DNA of 63,998 bases, filler included, from Dicyema japonicum (taxonomy: Eukaryota > Animalia > Dicyemida), in the NCBI GenBank assembly GCA_011109175.1. It is 10 parts of 10 records of this genome, joined end to end, with 100 filler letters (N's around TTAATTAATTAA, not from the genome) between each part and the next. Parts side by side here need not be neighbours in the genome. Positions count along the whole stretch, not along the records: positions 22,158 to 29,264 come from RDEW01000267.1; positions 29,365 to 36,442 come from RDEW01000232.1; positions 36,543 to 43,914 come from RDEW01000024.1; 7 more parts are not named here. The stretch is one strand, 5' to 3'. The notes under the pieces were generated by a model. It was given only the letters and a program-made list of their open reading frames with translations, was not told the DNA's origin and did not search any database. A program made the position numbers and the translations under genes. This document shows, piece by piece, positions 24,541 to 38,557 of the stretch (the stretch's first letter is position 1; every line of letters begins with the position of its first letter).

Positions 24541-26872
24541 CTTCACGCACACAGCTTGCAACAAGACGACGTGGCACGGAATAAGAAAAAACTCTGTCAG
24601 GGAGACCGTGAATATATATAATCAAATCGACTACATTATCTGCCGAAAGTCTGATAAACACCTGCTAAAGGATGCATGCTCCTACCAGAAGACAACAACA
24701 GACAGTGACCACAGGATCGTCATTGCGAAACTCTGTCTAAAAAAGCACCTGAATGGGGAGAAACACACTGAAAACGCGAAGATGACGAGACAAAGGCCCA
24801 ATATATACTTTCAGACAGAAAAATTGTGGTTAGAGCCTACTTGCAGAGCTAAATATCACAAACAAATCGAGACTCTTATGGAGAAAACCGCACCGGAATC
24901 ATCAGTACGAACTCTGTGGGATCAAACAAAACAGGCAATCTCCAAGTCGGCCAAAATATGCCTTGGAGTCCGAAATCATCACGCCCTAAAATTGGATCAC
25001 CACCCGAACGTGCCAAATATGGCAAAGCATTGCAGAGAGCTACGACTAAAAGCGGCAAACACGTCAGACGAGAGTAAAAAAAAGAGCTTAATATCCAACA
25101 AAGGGAACTAAAGTGGAAAATCAAAAAAGATGAACAGAAAACACTCACGGGAAATTATTACATCCCTATTAAAAGATGTGGAATGCCTAAAAGACAATTC
25201 AAGGATGTATGCGGTGCGGCTGCTGCGGACAAAGAAAGGACAAAACATCCTTCACATCAAAGACAAAGATGGAAAATTCGTGGGTAACCCGAAAGAAAAA
25301 GCAGAATTGATTGCACGACACTTCGAAACACTGTTGAATAAAGAAAATAATGACTTTCCCCCTTTCCAAGGAGAAGCAAAAGCGCTAAAAATCCCAATCA
25401 CAGTGGAAGAGGTGGAATTAGCGATAAATAAACTGAAGAACAACAAGAGTGCTGGGCCGGACAACATAAGCCCTGAGCTCCTAAAATATGGGCCAAAAAA
25501 ACTTAGCGACACAATTGCAAAAACCTTAAATGCCGTCTTTGAAACTAATACCGATCTAGGACTTGGAAATGGATTATTAATACCCATACAAAAACCGAAC
25601 AAATCAAAAGGGACCAGTAGAAAATCTCCGCCCGATAATACTTCTGAATTCGATACGCAAGGTGCTGGCAAACATTGCACTAAGCCGGATAAAGGGTGTG
25701 GCGGATCTATACCTACCAGCAAGTCAAAGTGGGTTCCGAGAAGGGAGGTCTACGGCAGACATTGTATGGAGCCACAGATGGCGCTGCGCAACGCACCAAA
25801 GATTCAAGAGCGCAACAACCGTGTTGGGAATAGATCTCTCCAGAGCTTTCGACTCAATAAACAGACAGAAACTGATGAATGTGCTTGAGCAAATATTGGA
25901 TGAATCGTCGGTTAGGATAATCAGACTACTACTTGCGAACACAAGACTATCTGTGAGGACAGAAGGAGCAACTTCCCGCAGTTTCAAAACAACGATTGGG
26001 ACACCCCAGGGTGATTCCCTCTCCCCTTTACTATTCACCATATACCTTGAATCTGCACTCCGCGACCTCCGTAAATGCTATATAGGAGACATAGAAGAGA
26101 CATCTTATGCGGATGATGTGGATTTTGTATCACGGGATGTGACCGCACTCCAACACCTGCTAGAAAATGCACCTGCGGAGCTTGAGAAATGGTTTCTCAG
26201 CGTAAATGTTAACAAAACTGAAATTACGGAAATCAAAAGAGAAGACGATATTACTCATGAAAGATGGAGACGTACTAATAAGCTCGGCTCTCTACTAGGA
26301 GACGCTGAAGATGTACTAAGGAGGAAAACACTGGCAAATGCGGCAATGGCTAAACTGAAGAAAGGATGGCTAAGGGCCAAAGGACTTGGAATTGACATCA
26401 GATGCAGGCTTTACAACGCGTTTGTGAAACCGATCCTACTGTATAACGCTGGGACATGGGGAAGTTCCTTCAACGAACTATTGAAACTGGATTCGTTCCA
26501 TAGAAGGCAACTAAGAAGCTTACTCGGAATGGAGTGGCCACGTAGAATATCAACCACTGGTATCTACAACAAGTGTATGTGTTCTTACATCAGCAAGGAT
26601 GTGATAGATGCCCGGTGGAGGCTATTTGGGCATGTACTAAGAATGAACCCGGACGCACCCGCTAACAAAGCGATGGAAGATTACTTTGACAGATGCGAAA
26701 AACCCTTCCGCGGACGACCTAGATCGACACTTCCGACAGCCCTAAACAAAGACTTAAATCGTGTGAGAAAAAATCTAAAGACGGGAGACGACCTGGACGA
26801 ATTGAGATCACTCGCATTCGACAGAGGAAGATGGAAAAGACTAACTATAAATATTGTTTCTTTGAGTGTTGC
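24536..26872 (+). mobile_element. RTE-like LINE: APE C-terminus, RT and C-terminal region, few frameshifts
   Basis: 'NQIDYII..TDSDH', 'NKSAGPDNI', 'QSGFREGRSTAD', 'GIDLSRAFDSI', 'GTPQGDSLSPLLF', 'YADD', 'RWRLFGHVLR', 'RGRPRSTL'. Confidence 0.9.
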
Positions 26873-26873
26873 N

Positions 26874-27782
26874 GAAATTGTTATCGGAGCCAAATATCCG
26901 AATGAAGTTTGCCTTGAAGATTATCAAGGCTTGTTGGCTTTTGACGACGATTCTGTAACCTCTAATTTGATAAAAATAGGACGAGATCTTGAGTAACAAT
27001 TACACAATAGACAATGTGATGAAAGATAGTCTTAATCCAATGAATGTTCTGCAAAAAGAACAGGAGGAGGCAAGAATAAATACTCTTCGAGCAGCTTTAA
27101 AAATGTCTCAAAAAAGAAAATGGCCAAACGACGAGGAATTCCTAGCAATCGGCGATCATGTTGTAGTTAGACATGATAATGATGGCAATCCGGCCCACCG
27201 TCATTTACCTTTGTATGACGATATCGACACATCTTTATACAAAATCATCTCAATAAATGGCGACTTTTATGAGGTCATGAAACTAAATAGTGATAATGGA
27301 GAAATTAAAAATTTACATTTTTCTCGAATAAAAAAAATTTTCTAAGCTAAAAAAATGTTTTATGTAAATTCAATTTCAAAAAATAATCTGAAATCCCTAA
27401 AGGAAATTTTTTTCTTACTATGTGATTTGAAAATCAATCATGTAACAAATAAAATTCTATGGAGCTTAGTTTTTATTTCCATGGAGCATACAAAAAGAAA
27501 TTTGATCATTCTAAAAAAACATAAAAATAATTGCTTATTTTTTAAATAATTATGTTTTAAAATTAATTTAAAAGAAATAAAAAATTTAAAAAATTAGATA
27601 ACATCCTTGTGTCCAAATAATCTACAGTAAGTGGTTCGAAAAAATATGATAAAACTTGATGGTTTGCCAAAATATTTTAGAATTAATATAGTATTAATAT
27701 TTAATACTATATTTGCCGATCAAAATTAAAAAATAAATGGGTAGAACCATACGTGTCGCCCACCATATGAGCGACCGTGACA
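26874..27782 (+). mobile_element. C-terminal part and probable right end (..GTGACA) of a Ginger-like element
   Basis: 'LAIGDHVVVRHDND...LYKIISI...HFSRIKK' resembles the C-terminus of the 38.6-40.1 kb integrase ('HMSRVKK'). Confidence 0.5.
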
Positions 27783-28249
27783 TATTATATTCTCCCACCT
27801 ATTCATTATACGTTAATTCAGACTGCCTAAAAAAAATATAAAATTTTAACTTTGTTTATTTACCATGAATTGCAGGAATCAGACATTCCCTTGACTGTCC
27901 CATCTTTCTCCATGAATTTGCAGCATTGATATCACCAGTTCAGACAGTGAATGTTTTGTGTGTCTGCGCTATTTTCATCGGTTCCATAATCGAAAACTAT
28001 ATTGTATTCATTGTAATGTAGATGAACATTCCATCTGTCCACATAGTTAAAACACATTGCTGAACAGGAAGGAAGTGAATTGCCTGCATTTCAATTGCCA
28101 ACAGATCATATTTGTGGATTCACTTCGACCTGATTTAGGCAATTTTATGAAGTGACCAATCTCGATGAGTGTAATTATATTCGTCTCTTTTATTTTGTTT
28201 ATATCTCTACTGGCAGCATAAATTTAAATAGAAATTTCACAACTTTACA

Positions 28250-28870
28250 ACGCTTTTCGATGTAAATCAACTATTATTGGTTTCATCCATTCAAATTCGA
28301 GGACGGACGGACCCCGGGTTTGAGGGAACACTTCGATTTCGTTCAGTTCGTGTGGCGAGGGCACGGCGACTGCGGGGCAGGAGAGGGATGTAACCAAACT
28401 CGTCCACAGTTCGCCACAGCGACATTTATGGGCCTGACAGATTTTGAGCCCGACACGTAAGGAGATAGCGATTCTTAGGCACTCGGGTCCAGGAGATTCC
28501 AATTGAAGGAAGGGGGAAGAATCGATCCAAGCACTGCTGCCTGGGTGACAGCCTGCACGAAGACAGGCGAGCCTGTGTTGGTTAAGTTTCCGAGTGAGTT
28601 TTTCGTACAAAGAACGACATACGATTGCGTCGCACTGACGCTGGTTGTCCTCGGACTCAGGCTGCCTCGAGTCAAACCGGACCTTCCATAAGAGACCTGC
28701 CGCAACAAATCTGCAGACAATTCCGTTCGGGAAGGTTTCGAAGAACGATGTCTGAGAGAGTGCGGGAGGCGAATGAGAGACAGATAAGCCGGAAGAGCAA
28801 ATCAGAACAGGATCTCAGGCCAAGGCCACCCAGCGACAGGTAAAGTCGCCTGAGACCAGCCAGAACTAAT
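28250..28870 (-). mobile_element. CRE-clade C-terminal fragment
   Basis: 'HRLACLRA...SSAWI...CLRIAISLRVGLKICQAHKCRCG'. Confidence 0.75.
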
Positions 28871-29029
28871 CTGCGTAGCCTCTACCAATCTTTATTTTAT
28901 TCTGTATCAATTATTTTTGTCTCGACTTTTTCTATTATTATTTTTGTGACATATTTTTCTTTTCATTTTGTTTGCTTCTGAATTCATAAATTGGCCTCAG
29001 TTATATTTATTAAGCACTTATTATTTTAT

Positions 29030-29264
29030 TGGCTGGGGCAGCCAGATCATACGCAGAATGTGGCAAAACAGTCTCCATCTGGCGTTATTGGTTATTCTCT
29101 TCCATCTGCCACGGTCATGAACGATTGATCTTAGTGCGTCCAGGTCCTCACCTTCCTCACTTTTTGGGAAGATTGTGCAATGCTACGGTAGCGTCATCCT
29201 TGGTCGACGCGAAACATGAATAATCTTCATCGCCACGTTGGCTGTGGGAGCAAGATCAATACGC
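29030..29264 (-). mobile_element. RTE-like 3' remnant, rearranged
   Basis: 'GEDLDALRSIVHDRGRWKRITNN' followed by 'ARWRLFCHILRM', which normally precedes it. Confidence 0.6.
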
Positions 29265-30289
29265 NNNNNNNNNNNNNNNNNNNNNNNNNNNNNNNNNNNN
29301 NNNNNNNNTTAATTAATTAANNNNNNNNNNNNNNNNNNNNNNNNNNNNNNNNNNNNNNNNNNNNAGTTTGAGATATCACGACTCTATCTTTTCCTCTACA
29401 AGAAACCTTGTTAAATAAGGAAAGTCATCAAGATGCTACTTACCTCTGACTGCAAATATTACGAACAAGCTTACCGTTAAATTGCATGCCACTTTGACTA
29501 AATTTGATAATATTTGAATTTAAAGTTAATTTTTTAGAACATTGCTTCCTTTGTGGCCTGCAGGCATTGAACACACAATGTGAGTTACCCCTCAAAAAAT
29601 TATATATGACTATTGATTTTGATATAAAAACTGGTGATTCACATGACTATCGAAACTTGTTATTATGTGGGGAGCATAATACTAAATACCTTTTTAAAGC
29701 CAAAACCCGATACCAGAAGACATTTTATACTCTCTTCACTGGAAAACTCCATAAACTGTTCTAGGTAAATTTATTGCTAGTAAATCATCGCATATTAAAT
29801 TACCTACCTTCTTTTGCCTCTACCATTCTTTTTAATCCAATCTTTCAGCTTTCGGGTCTGAATTCTCGCGGTATTTTACATCATCCTACGGATCCTTAAA
29901 ATCCTCGAAAGTCCCTTAAGGAAACAGCTGCCTTTAAGACATTTTAAACAATATCGTATCGCGCGTCTCCTAACAATTTTCATGATTTCCAAGTACTTTT
30001 GAGTTCCTCACTGTGATACCAGGGTGGGGACGATAGGTGAACATAGGAAACAACCGGGTATTTAACATTTAGCCCAGGCATTTAGGTTTAGCTTAAATGT
30101 GCAATCTTTGCACAGTCCACCTCTTTACGAGGGGGAATACGGTAAAACCAAAACAAACTAGATCGGCAAACTTTATCCCGCAAGCAGTTCGTCCGAACAT
30201 ATGAGAAACTAGAGATCCAGGTTCTTGGTTTTGTATAATTCATATCTTGGCGAGGCGCATTAGGGGTCATGTCCTCGCCCAAAAACAGT

Positions 30290-30700
30290 ACCATGGTTCG
30301 TCAACAGTACTCAGACCGAGTTTTGAGAGTTTTTTTCATAACTATGAGTAAAGTAGTTGTCGGTCTTCCACGGAAGCCATTGATTCCATAGCAATTGAAG
30401 TACACATTCATAGCATCATTTCCAGGAACATCCAATCGTAGAATATGACCGAACAATTTCCACTTTTATATCTGTAGATAATTTCTGACCATGTTCAATG
30501 TCATATAGTTTTTAGTTGGTTATTTTCTTCGACCAAATAATTCCAATAACTAATCGGAGTTGATTTCCGTGGAATGAGTCGAAATTCCAATAACTAATCA
30601 AAGTTGATTTTGATGCTATAGCTCTTAGTATATGTAAGGACTGGAAGAATGAAAAAGTTGTAGTAGCTAAAATCTTTCAGTATATTACATCTTCTGTGTC
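30290..30700 (-). mobile_element. RTE-like 3' remnant
   Basis: 'WKLFGHILRLDVPGNDAMNVYF...GFRGRPTTTL'. Confidence 0.65.
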
Positions 30701-30799
30701 TCCCACTAGTGATCATAGCTTTACGTGCGCCTCAAACGGTTACCTGATTTCGTTTTTTCATGGTTGATCTTGATATAGGCTTTTTTCTGGGTTGACGAT

Positions 30800-31640
30800 G
30801 AGGAACCATTTCCAAATATCGAGTGAATTGTATGCATAACGTGAGTTGGAAGGGTCTTTAAGGGGATTTCCTCATAAAAACCTGCTCCATTTCCTTATAA
30901 TCCTTGGAAAGGTAACCCAACCTGAGGTTGCCGTTAAAAATCTTACAGGAACGTCCATAAAACTAAGATACCTTCTTAAAATGGGCCATAGGTATCCTGT
31001 TAGACCCAGGGGCACTATTTTCGGATCTTTGAATTGCCTCGAGGACCTATTCAATTCAATAGCCTGAAAAAGGGCGCTTGAACCTTCTAGAAAGTTAACA
31101 ATTAGCATCTCTGAGGAGTTACATCTTGGACACACTGACTTGAGGACTTCTAAACAAATTAATTTGCCGTACTATCGAGATTGGATAAACATTTTACTAC
31201 AGAATTCTGAATTTCGGCCAGATCCGAAGTTCTAGCAAAATACACAAGAACAAATCCTTCCTCTTCCCGACAAGCTTTTCAGATGCTTCCAAAAGTCAGA
31301 TCTGACAAGGATACCCTTTCCCAGGGCCTCTTTCACCTCTCGTTCTTAAGGTGAAGGAGACCACGATTCTTCTCAAATCCGTATCTCGCAAGCATCCTTA
31401 AAAGTCTCTTTCTAAGTATTGCTTTACTTAAAATCAGGTCTGTTTACTGCGGGCGATTTCCTCTATACGGAGGCACTTTGAAGTTTGCCGCATTTACTCC
31501 TCTAGGTCCCTAAGGAAGCATCCATCTTTTTCAAGTCAACCTCACTACAAACTTTCCCTTTAAGAGAAAGGAGGTTTCTAGTTATAAATTCCTTCAAAAA
31601 TGTTAATTGGATTCATTTTCACATTTCTCGAACAAAAACC
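30800..31640 (-). mobile_element. Degenerate non-LTR retroelement, pre-RT/RT start
   Basis: 'SAPGSNRIPMAHFK' resembles the RT domain-0 SAPGPDGI motif; otherwise eroded. Confidence 0.35.
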
Positions 31641-32029
31641 TAACTGACTTCAAAGTTTAAAATCACTTGATAATTCAGTGAAACATTTCAACAAAACAAT
31701 CCAGTTGGCTATCAAATAACCTCTCGATCGATCTAACCACAATACTCACATTGTGGAGCCATCCCTAAGCCAAAAGAGTTACTTTTTATGTACAAACCAA
31801 TATACTACTGTGCACATTGTCGAATCATAAGAAACTGATTCCGGATCGAATTCAGACATATCTTCAGTGAATCCTCCCAGCATGGTTTTAAAAAAATTTA
31901 TCGACAACTGCCCACTTACGAACTTTGTCAAAATTCATTTTGAACGGTTGAGTAAAAGTTTGGCCATCAAAGAGTAATAATAAGGATCAACTGAAGACTG
32001 AACATGCAAAAAATCTCTTCCTGCATGAT

Positions 32030-32660
32030 CTACCGATCAACTCCGACGTGAATTCATTAACTCTTTCTTAGCAAACGACATCATCCTTGCACAAAGAGAA
32101 AAATGGGTGCTGACAGCTGCCGGAAAATTCCAGCATTTGCTTGACTGAATGGGTGAACACAAAATCAATGCCAACAAGTACAAAAAATCATCTACAACGA
32201 TTTTCACATCCAATAGTAGAATGACCAGCTAAGCCCCGGTACAGGTTCTGAAAGGGGAAGAAATCCAATGAAAGAACACAGTGAAGAACTTTAAAGTAAA
32301 TTTTGGCACGTTGATGACATTCAGCACTCATGTGTCTAATGTGGTCAGTGCGTCAATGCAGATGCTTAACTTTCTAAAAATACTGCTTCCAAATTAAAAA
32401 ATCTTTTAATTCAACGCTAGGACCTCTGTACACTCTGCACACCATCCCAGTCATCAGCTATGATTGCGTCGCTTGTTGAACAAGACTAGAGAACAAACAA
32501 AAAAACCTAGTATCGATCAATCAAGAGCCTCCCAATCGAACAACAAGCGTTATGCCACGGGAAACCCCTTTCGAGGTCCTTGTAAGAAGGTCGAGCGCCA
32601 CCTGCATCTTACATGTGAAATCAAGAGAACAACGTACTTATCGAAAATGTGTTGGATCTA
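32030..32660 (+). mobile_element. I/Jockey-like RT C-terminal remnant
   Basis: 'LANDIILAQR..' (degenerate YADD), '..TFSTHVSNVV'; similar to the 51.1-51.4 kb fragment. Confidence 0.5.
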
Positions 32661-32957
32661 GTTAGATCTAGAGAGAAACACCAAGAAAAGATAAGGACGC
32701 TTCTGAGATAAGCTGGGATCTCCTAATGGTTATTTTTAAAATTAACTAACGTTCTGGTGAATTCTATAGAATTTCGGAGTAGAGGATAGAAATCGAAAAG
32801 ATAGACTCCAAGCCATAAGGATCCTTATTTTGCTTCAGGATAGACTGACAGTCAAATTTTCAAATCTAGAACACAGCATAGATCATCTGAGTTCAAACAT
32901 AGATCATCTGACGATTTTAATCAGGTTACTAACAGTCGCGGTAAATATCAAAGAAGA

Positions 32958-35530
32958 TTTTTTTTTTAAATCAATAACAATTTATTGAAGAATAAAACCA
33001 AATAGTTAAAGGCTACTGGCTGCTCTCAGGATTGAGAGCGCATTTCCCCTTACGATCTGTAAGGAGATGCGCTCAATGAGCCAGCCCTTCTCTTTGACAT
33101 CCCTCTTCCTTTTAGCGACTAACGATCCAATTTTGTTGAGCAGGGCTAACGACCTGCTTCCTACGACTCCCGAAGTTTCGACTGCGACTGGTTCAAATGT
33201 GTACTGCTCGCCGAGGCATGTGTACTTCTTTGCTTTAAGTATTTCTGCTTCTCTGCAGCTGAGCCTGGATTTGTCGCACTCATTGTAATATTGGAAGGGG
33301 AGAAGCTATCTACGCAGGTGGCATCCCAGTCCAGGTACTTCCCAGCATCCCACGGGAACAGAGTCGCTCCATCCGGCCTTCTGTTTGCCGTGGCAAGTCC
33401 TAGGGGCTCCATCTGGACAGGGAATCCGGCAGCTTCTAGTCCCCACGCAATAACCTTGTTGATTGCACTATGTCTCAGGCTCCTTCCAGCGCTCCTTCGG
33501 CAGGAAAGTGCGTGGAGTCCTTTCGCGTCGACTATTCCTCCACATCTACAGCGATGGATTGCGCAAACATCGATTCCGAGGCGGACGCAAACCCCAATCC
33601 TCGTGGAGTCATCGTCCAGAAAAGTTCCGAGTGAAATGCACGAAATGCTTTGAGCCATGCAAGACAGAAAGGCTGGGAGGGCGATTTCAAGTGGCGAGCG
33701 TATCCCAATTCCTCCATAACAAAGTGGTAACTTGCATTGGGTCCACCCTGCTTTATCCAGAAAGATGTTTAGTGTTTCTTCAACAGAGGTCCTCAGCTTC
33801 TCATCGATAACTCTCAAGAAATCCATGTCTGTGAAACATGGGGATGTCCGTAGAAAAAAAAGGAGTCGTGGTAAGGTGAAAATTCTTGAGGATGAAGAGA
33901 GAAATGTGGGAGTCCAAAGCCTTTAGATTGTGCGTGAGCAGCTGCACGGATCCACTCTTCTCCTCCAGGACAGTTGACATGTCATACAGAGGAGATCCGA
34001 GGAAAATCGCCTTTTCTAGTCGGGTGACTTTGATGTCCTGGAGGCAAGTAGAAATGGTCGTTATTGCGCGTTCAAAGGTGTCCTCTCCACAGGTCACGTT
34101 AATAACTTCGAACTTCGATGGATTCGGCTCCAGTCCGAGTGCCACAAGGGCAGGGATGACGCGTTTAACCTCTTCCACAACAATTTCCCAACTCCCCCAA
34201 TGGTCGCGTCATCAAGGGAGTTTTGATCGCAGATGATACACAGTCGATACCCAAAGCAAAGAGTAGAGGGCCAAGTGGGTCTCCTTGTTGGACTCCAGTC
34301 TTGGACTTGATGGCGTGTTGTCCAAAGATCAGCGTACACGGGAAACCATATGAGAGTCTGACCATCCTGCTGATCTCAGGAATCCTAGAGACACTATCTT
34401 CTATGATTCTATCCCTTCGGATGCTATTGAATGCATTACGTATGTCCAGTTTGACTATAATTGAATCCTGCGCGTCAGGAGGGCTGGCAACAAAATTCCG
34501 GATTGAATGTATTACTGCTTCACATCCATTAGGTACTCCAACTCCGAGTTGGACAGGACTAAGTTCGGCACTCAAAGTCTTGCTGGCTGCTCTGGCAGCG
34601 ATCTTCGACGATAGGCGCCTAAGGACGTTACCAATGGCGATGGGTCTTATCCCGCCGCAAGGCTTCTTGAAGGCTACCAACCTCGAAGCGAAGAGGAGTT
34701 CTCGAGCATACTCCGAGATATCTGCCCGAAGAACGTGGTTCGTAAGAGCATTCAATGAGACGATGAGGGAGTCCCCTGTGTCGACGGTTGTTACAGAGGT
34801 GAGGTCTTTTATGTGGCTTGGGCGTAGGCCGTCCAGACCGGCGCCGCTGCTTCCAGGGAATGCACGAATAGCCCATTTAATATCATCAGGGGTGGCATTT
34901 AGTTGTGGGACATCCTTTTGAATTTTCGTGTCACGTAGATCAGCTGGTGCGGGCGGATGTTTCTGGACTAACTGGTCTAAGGTTTCTTTGCTTGGTGAAA
35001 GAACCTTGTCGCTGCTGGAGAGTGTACGTAGGGCCCCCCGAATGTCCCCGACCATGATCTTCTTGTTTATTTCTCTGCGAAGATCCCTTTTCTTGGTTCT
35101 GGATGAAGAGGGTGAGTCAACAGAAGTCGAAATGCTTTCCAGTGTATCCGCCAGGTTGATACTTTCGTATTTAGAAACGTTCCTTTTGATGATTGACTTG
35201 ACATTCCGTTCCTTCAGTTCGGTCGATTGTGGTGTTGTTGTGTGTTGTGGTGTATTAGCCGTTCTACTTATTGGATTGAACATGACAATGGAAAAGGATC
35301 CGAAACCAACACCGACACCCAAAGAGCATATTTCTCTCACGTCTATCCCCTGCATTATCTGTGGAGAGGCAAACAAGAGGAAATACAGTATCCAATGTTC
35401 CCGTTGCCCAAATTTTGGACACCTTGGGTGCAACAAGCTGACAAGACGGACTGCTCAGTGTCTCCCAAGTTGTTCATGCCCCACATGCCTTGGGAACCCC
35501 ACAAGGCAAAAGGAACCGCTCTCTGGTTCA
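32958..35530 (-). mobile_element. Most complete CRE-clade copy (RT, zinc knuckle, RLE, poly-A) with inverted PHD-containing 5' end
   Basis: 'GLDGLRPSH', 'GGIRPIAIGNVLRRL', 'GVGVPNGCEAVIH', 'DIRNAFNS', 'GVQQGDPLGPLLF', 'LDD', 'CRCGGIVDAKGLHALSC', 'RRPDGATLFPW..GKYLDWDATC'; T-run at 32958-32967; PHD on the plus strand at ~35285-35500. Confidence 0.92.
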
Positions 35531-35695
35531 GTCCTTTCTTTCACTAATTGAACAATTGGTTCATTAAATATATACAAATTTCATTTCAATTCTGACACTT
35601 TTTTATATCTATTTTGACTTCAAGTAAATAAAATTTCCAAATACGATTTGTGATTTATTTTATATTTTTTGATTCGTTGTTCTTGTACCAATTTT

Positions 35696-36442
35696 ATGTC
35701 AAGAAAAAATTCAAGAATATCAGAAGCTACGAGAAGAGCACTTATAAATAAGGATGAAGAAGGTGGCGATTAGATACAGCTTGCTCGAGATCTTGGAGTT
35801 AAAAGGACAACAGCTATAGCCATCGTAAAAAGTGAAAATCCGTATGTTTGTAAACGTGGAGGTAGAAGGGATGCTTGATTAAACTTACGGATGATGATAT
35901 GAATTTGATAATTGAAAAAATTGAGAATAATCCATCGTTAACATTGAAGGAAATACGAACATTGGTAAATAATAAAGTTTGTATTGCGACAATATATAAC
36001 CACCGACTTGATGGCCGATTGATTACCTACAAAATGCTGCGAAGAGAACAAATTTCCAGGAATAGTCTGGAAAATATAGAAAAAAAATATTTTCATTGGA
36101 TTATCAAAGTAATAGAAAAATACATTTGGACGAAAAAAATTTCAATCTTTTTACATTAAAAAAATCTGGCCGATCCATATAGGATCACGTGCGATAGTTC
36201 CAGTAAGGGCAAGCAAAGGGGTGAATCTCAACGTTATTTTATCAGTTGATGACAACGGAACAATTGTGAAAATTGAATCACACATTGGATCTATAAAATC
36301 GAAATTTATCAATACATGGAGAGGAAGTTAACAAAACAAGGTTTTTGACAATGAAATCAACACAAATCAAAACGTTCTTAACGACGAAGAAGCGAGATAG
36401 TTGGAGAAATTAGCCTTTTTATTACCTTGCCGAGGATGGAGT
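35696..36442 (+). mobile_element. Tc1/IS630-like (ITm) DDE transposase, degenerate
   Basis: HTH 'LARDLGVKRTTA', 'NPSLTLKEI..TIYNH.LDG'; first acidic motif 'HLDEKNFNL..GRS..G.RA'; 'FDN'. Confidence 0.72.
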
Positions 36443-36542
36443 NNNNNNNNNNNNNNNNNNNNNNNNNNNNNNNNNNNNNNNNNNNNTTAATTAATTAANN
36501 NNNNNNNNNNNNNNNNNNNNNNNNNNNNNNNNNNNNNNNNNN

Positions 36543-36890
36543 CATCCACTTCCTCCTATTCAAAGCCGCAGCGCGCAACCAGTCCAGATCCTCTCCACTT
36601 GCAAGATGCCGTCCCATTTCTTTAAGGTCCTCGTCGAGAACGACTGCCAGTGTCGTCCTTGGGCGACCACGGAAACGGGGGGCCTCCAACATGAAGTAAT
36701 CCTCCATGGCTACGTTCGCGGGGGTATCTAGGTCCAGTCGCAGAATATGGTCGAAAAGCCTCCATCGTGTATCCAGAATCTCATTAGAAATTTCTGAGGT
36801 CTTCGTCCTCTTATAGAGAAGATTAGATGACATCCTCGTATCACTTCTTTCGAACATCATATGCCGTAGTTGGTCTCTATGAAACGCATT
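36543..36890 (-). mobile_element. RTE-like 3' end
   Basis: 'RWRLFDHILRLDLDTPANVAMEDYF..FRGRPRTTL..DLDWLRAAALNRRKW'. Confidence 0.85.
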
Positions 36891-36949
36891 AAGCCTCTTC
36901 AGTTCACTATAAGTGTTCTACATAGAAATAATTAACAATTTTATTATTT

Positions 36950-38557
36950 TTGGAAAAATTTCTGATCCGGCTAAAACATCTGGGTGACCTGATGATATTA
37001 AACAACCCTACATTCTACACAAGGACTCCCTACAGAGCGAATGACAGGACATTGTCTCCCGATCTCACTCTTGCCTCACCAAACATCGCAACATTAACAA
37101 AATGGACAGTGCTATACGAGACCAGCAGTGACCATAATCCTGTTATAATTACGTTTGAAGGAAGAGTGTCAATTGTAAAGAAATATGTTTTATATACCGA
37201 TTTCAAAAATGTCGTCTGGAAAAATTTCTCAAATTTTGTCGACTATTATATACTTAACTTTCATTTATCCAACTTCAACTCCATCGATAAAGCACTACAC
37301 TATTTTAATAGAGTGGTACGCGTAAGAATGAAAATTTGTATTAAAAGAAGGCCACTGACCTCACGAAAGAATTCTTACCCCAGAGCCGATCCACTCATGA
37401 AGGAAAGAAATTACCTAAAAAGCCTCCAAAACAATCCTGGGAAACAAGATTGAGAATTCGTAACATTAGAAAGAGAGATCAAGAACAATGCAAAAAGGAA
37501 ACAATAGAAAGTTTGGAAAAACCTCATGTCCAATCTAAACGAGCAGAACTCCTTTACAAAAATGTGGATAACACTTAGAAGCGTAATTAACGCTGACAAC
37601 CCGGCAACACGTGATGAAATGGAAAACAAGATCTTTCTAAACAAACTTATGAAGTACTACTCCTCCACGAGTTTCATTCCACACAAGAAATTCGAAGGTC
37701 CATCAATCCTAGACCTCAAACCTAAAAGAGCCACCTCTCCGATTGTCCTCTCTGTGGAGAACGTACAGAATATGGTCAAGGGTCAAAAGTCTACTTATTC
37801 CTGTGGTCCGGACGGAATTCTTGCAATAGTTCTGAAAAACATAGGCCCCTATGCTATCATGGCCCTCACAAAAATTTTCAATTTTTCAATCAACGAAAAT
37901 TGTTTTCCCTCCATATGAAGCTATCAAACATACGACCAATCCTGAAACCCGGGCGACCAAAAGGATCACCAGCCTCATACAGACCAATATCTCTCCTATG
38001 TGTTACATCAAAACTTTTGGAAAAGCTGATTCTTGAAATAATCAAACCATACCTTCCTGATACACCTTTTCAACACGGATTCAGAAAAGGACACTCCACA
38101 GAAACGCATCTTACATGCCTTACAAATTTCATCAAGGATGGACTAATGCGCAAACCTCATCAGAAGTCTTTGTTATGCTCCATCGATATAGAAAAGGCTT
38201 TTGATACTGTCCCAAGTAAACTTTTGACAAGGAATATCTTTACGTCAAAAATTCCAAATAACCTGAAAATCTGGATCGCTAATTTCCTAAATGGAAGAAG
38301 AGGAAGAGTAACTGTTGGAAAAACTAGATCAGTGACCAAGTTCCTTCCAAATGGAGTCCCTCAAGGATCTCCACTTTCACCACACCTATTCAACCTATTC
38401 TTGAATGATATGCCCTCCCATACCAGTGACGATACTCTGGTTTTGACATATGGGGATGATATAATCGTCTCAGTCAAAAACCAGTGCGTTAATACTGCTG
38501 TTTATTGGATACAAGCTTTATTGGACGATCTGAACTGTTGGCTCGTTAAGAACATTT
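36950..38557 (+). mobile_element. I/Jockey-group LINE (APE end + RT), truncated by the Ginger-like insertion
   Basis: 'PDLTL..SSDHNPV', 'YRPISLL', 'QHGFRKGHST', 'DIEKAFDTV', 'GVPQGSPLSP', 'YGDD'. Confidence 0.88.

Noticed and set aside
34223-34921. Long antisense ORFs opposite RT genes (also 25252-25722, 25724-26041, 13564-13974)
   Set aside because: Shadow frames of relatively GC-rich retroelement coding sequence, with no independent motifs.
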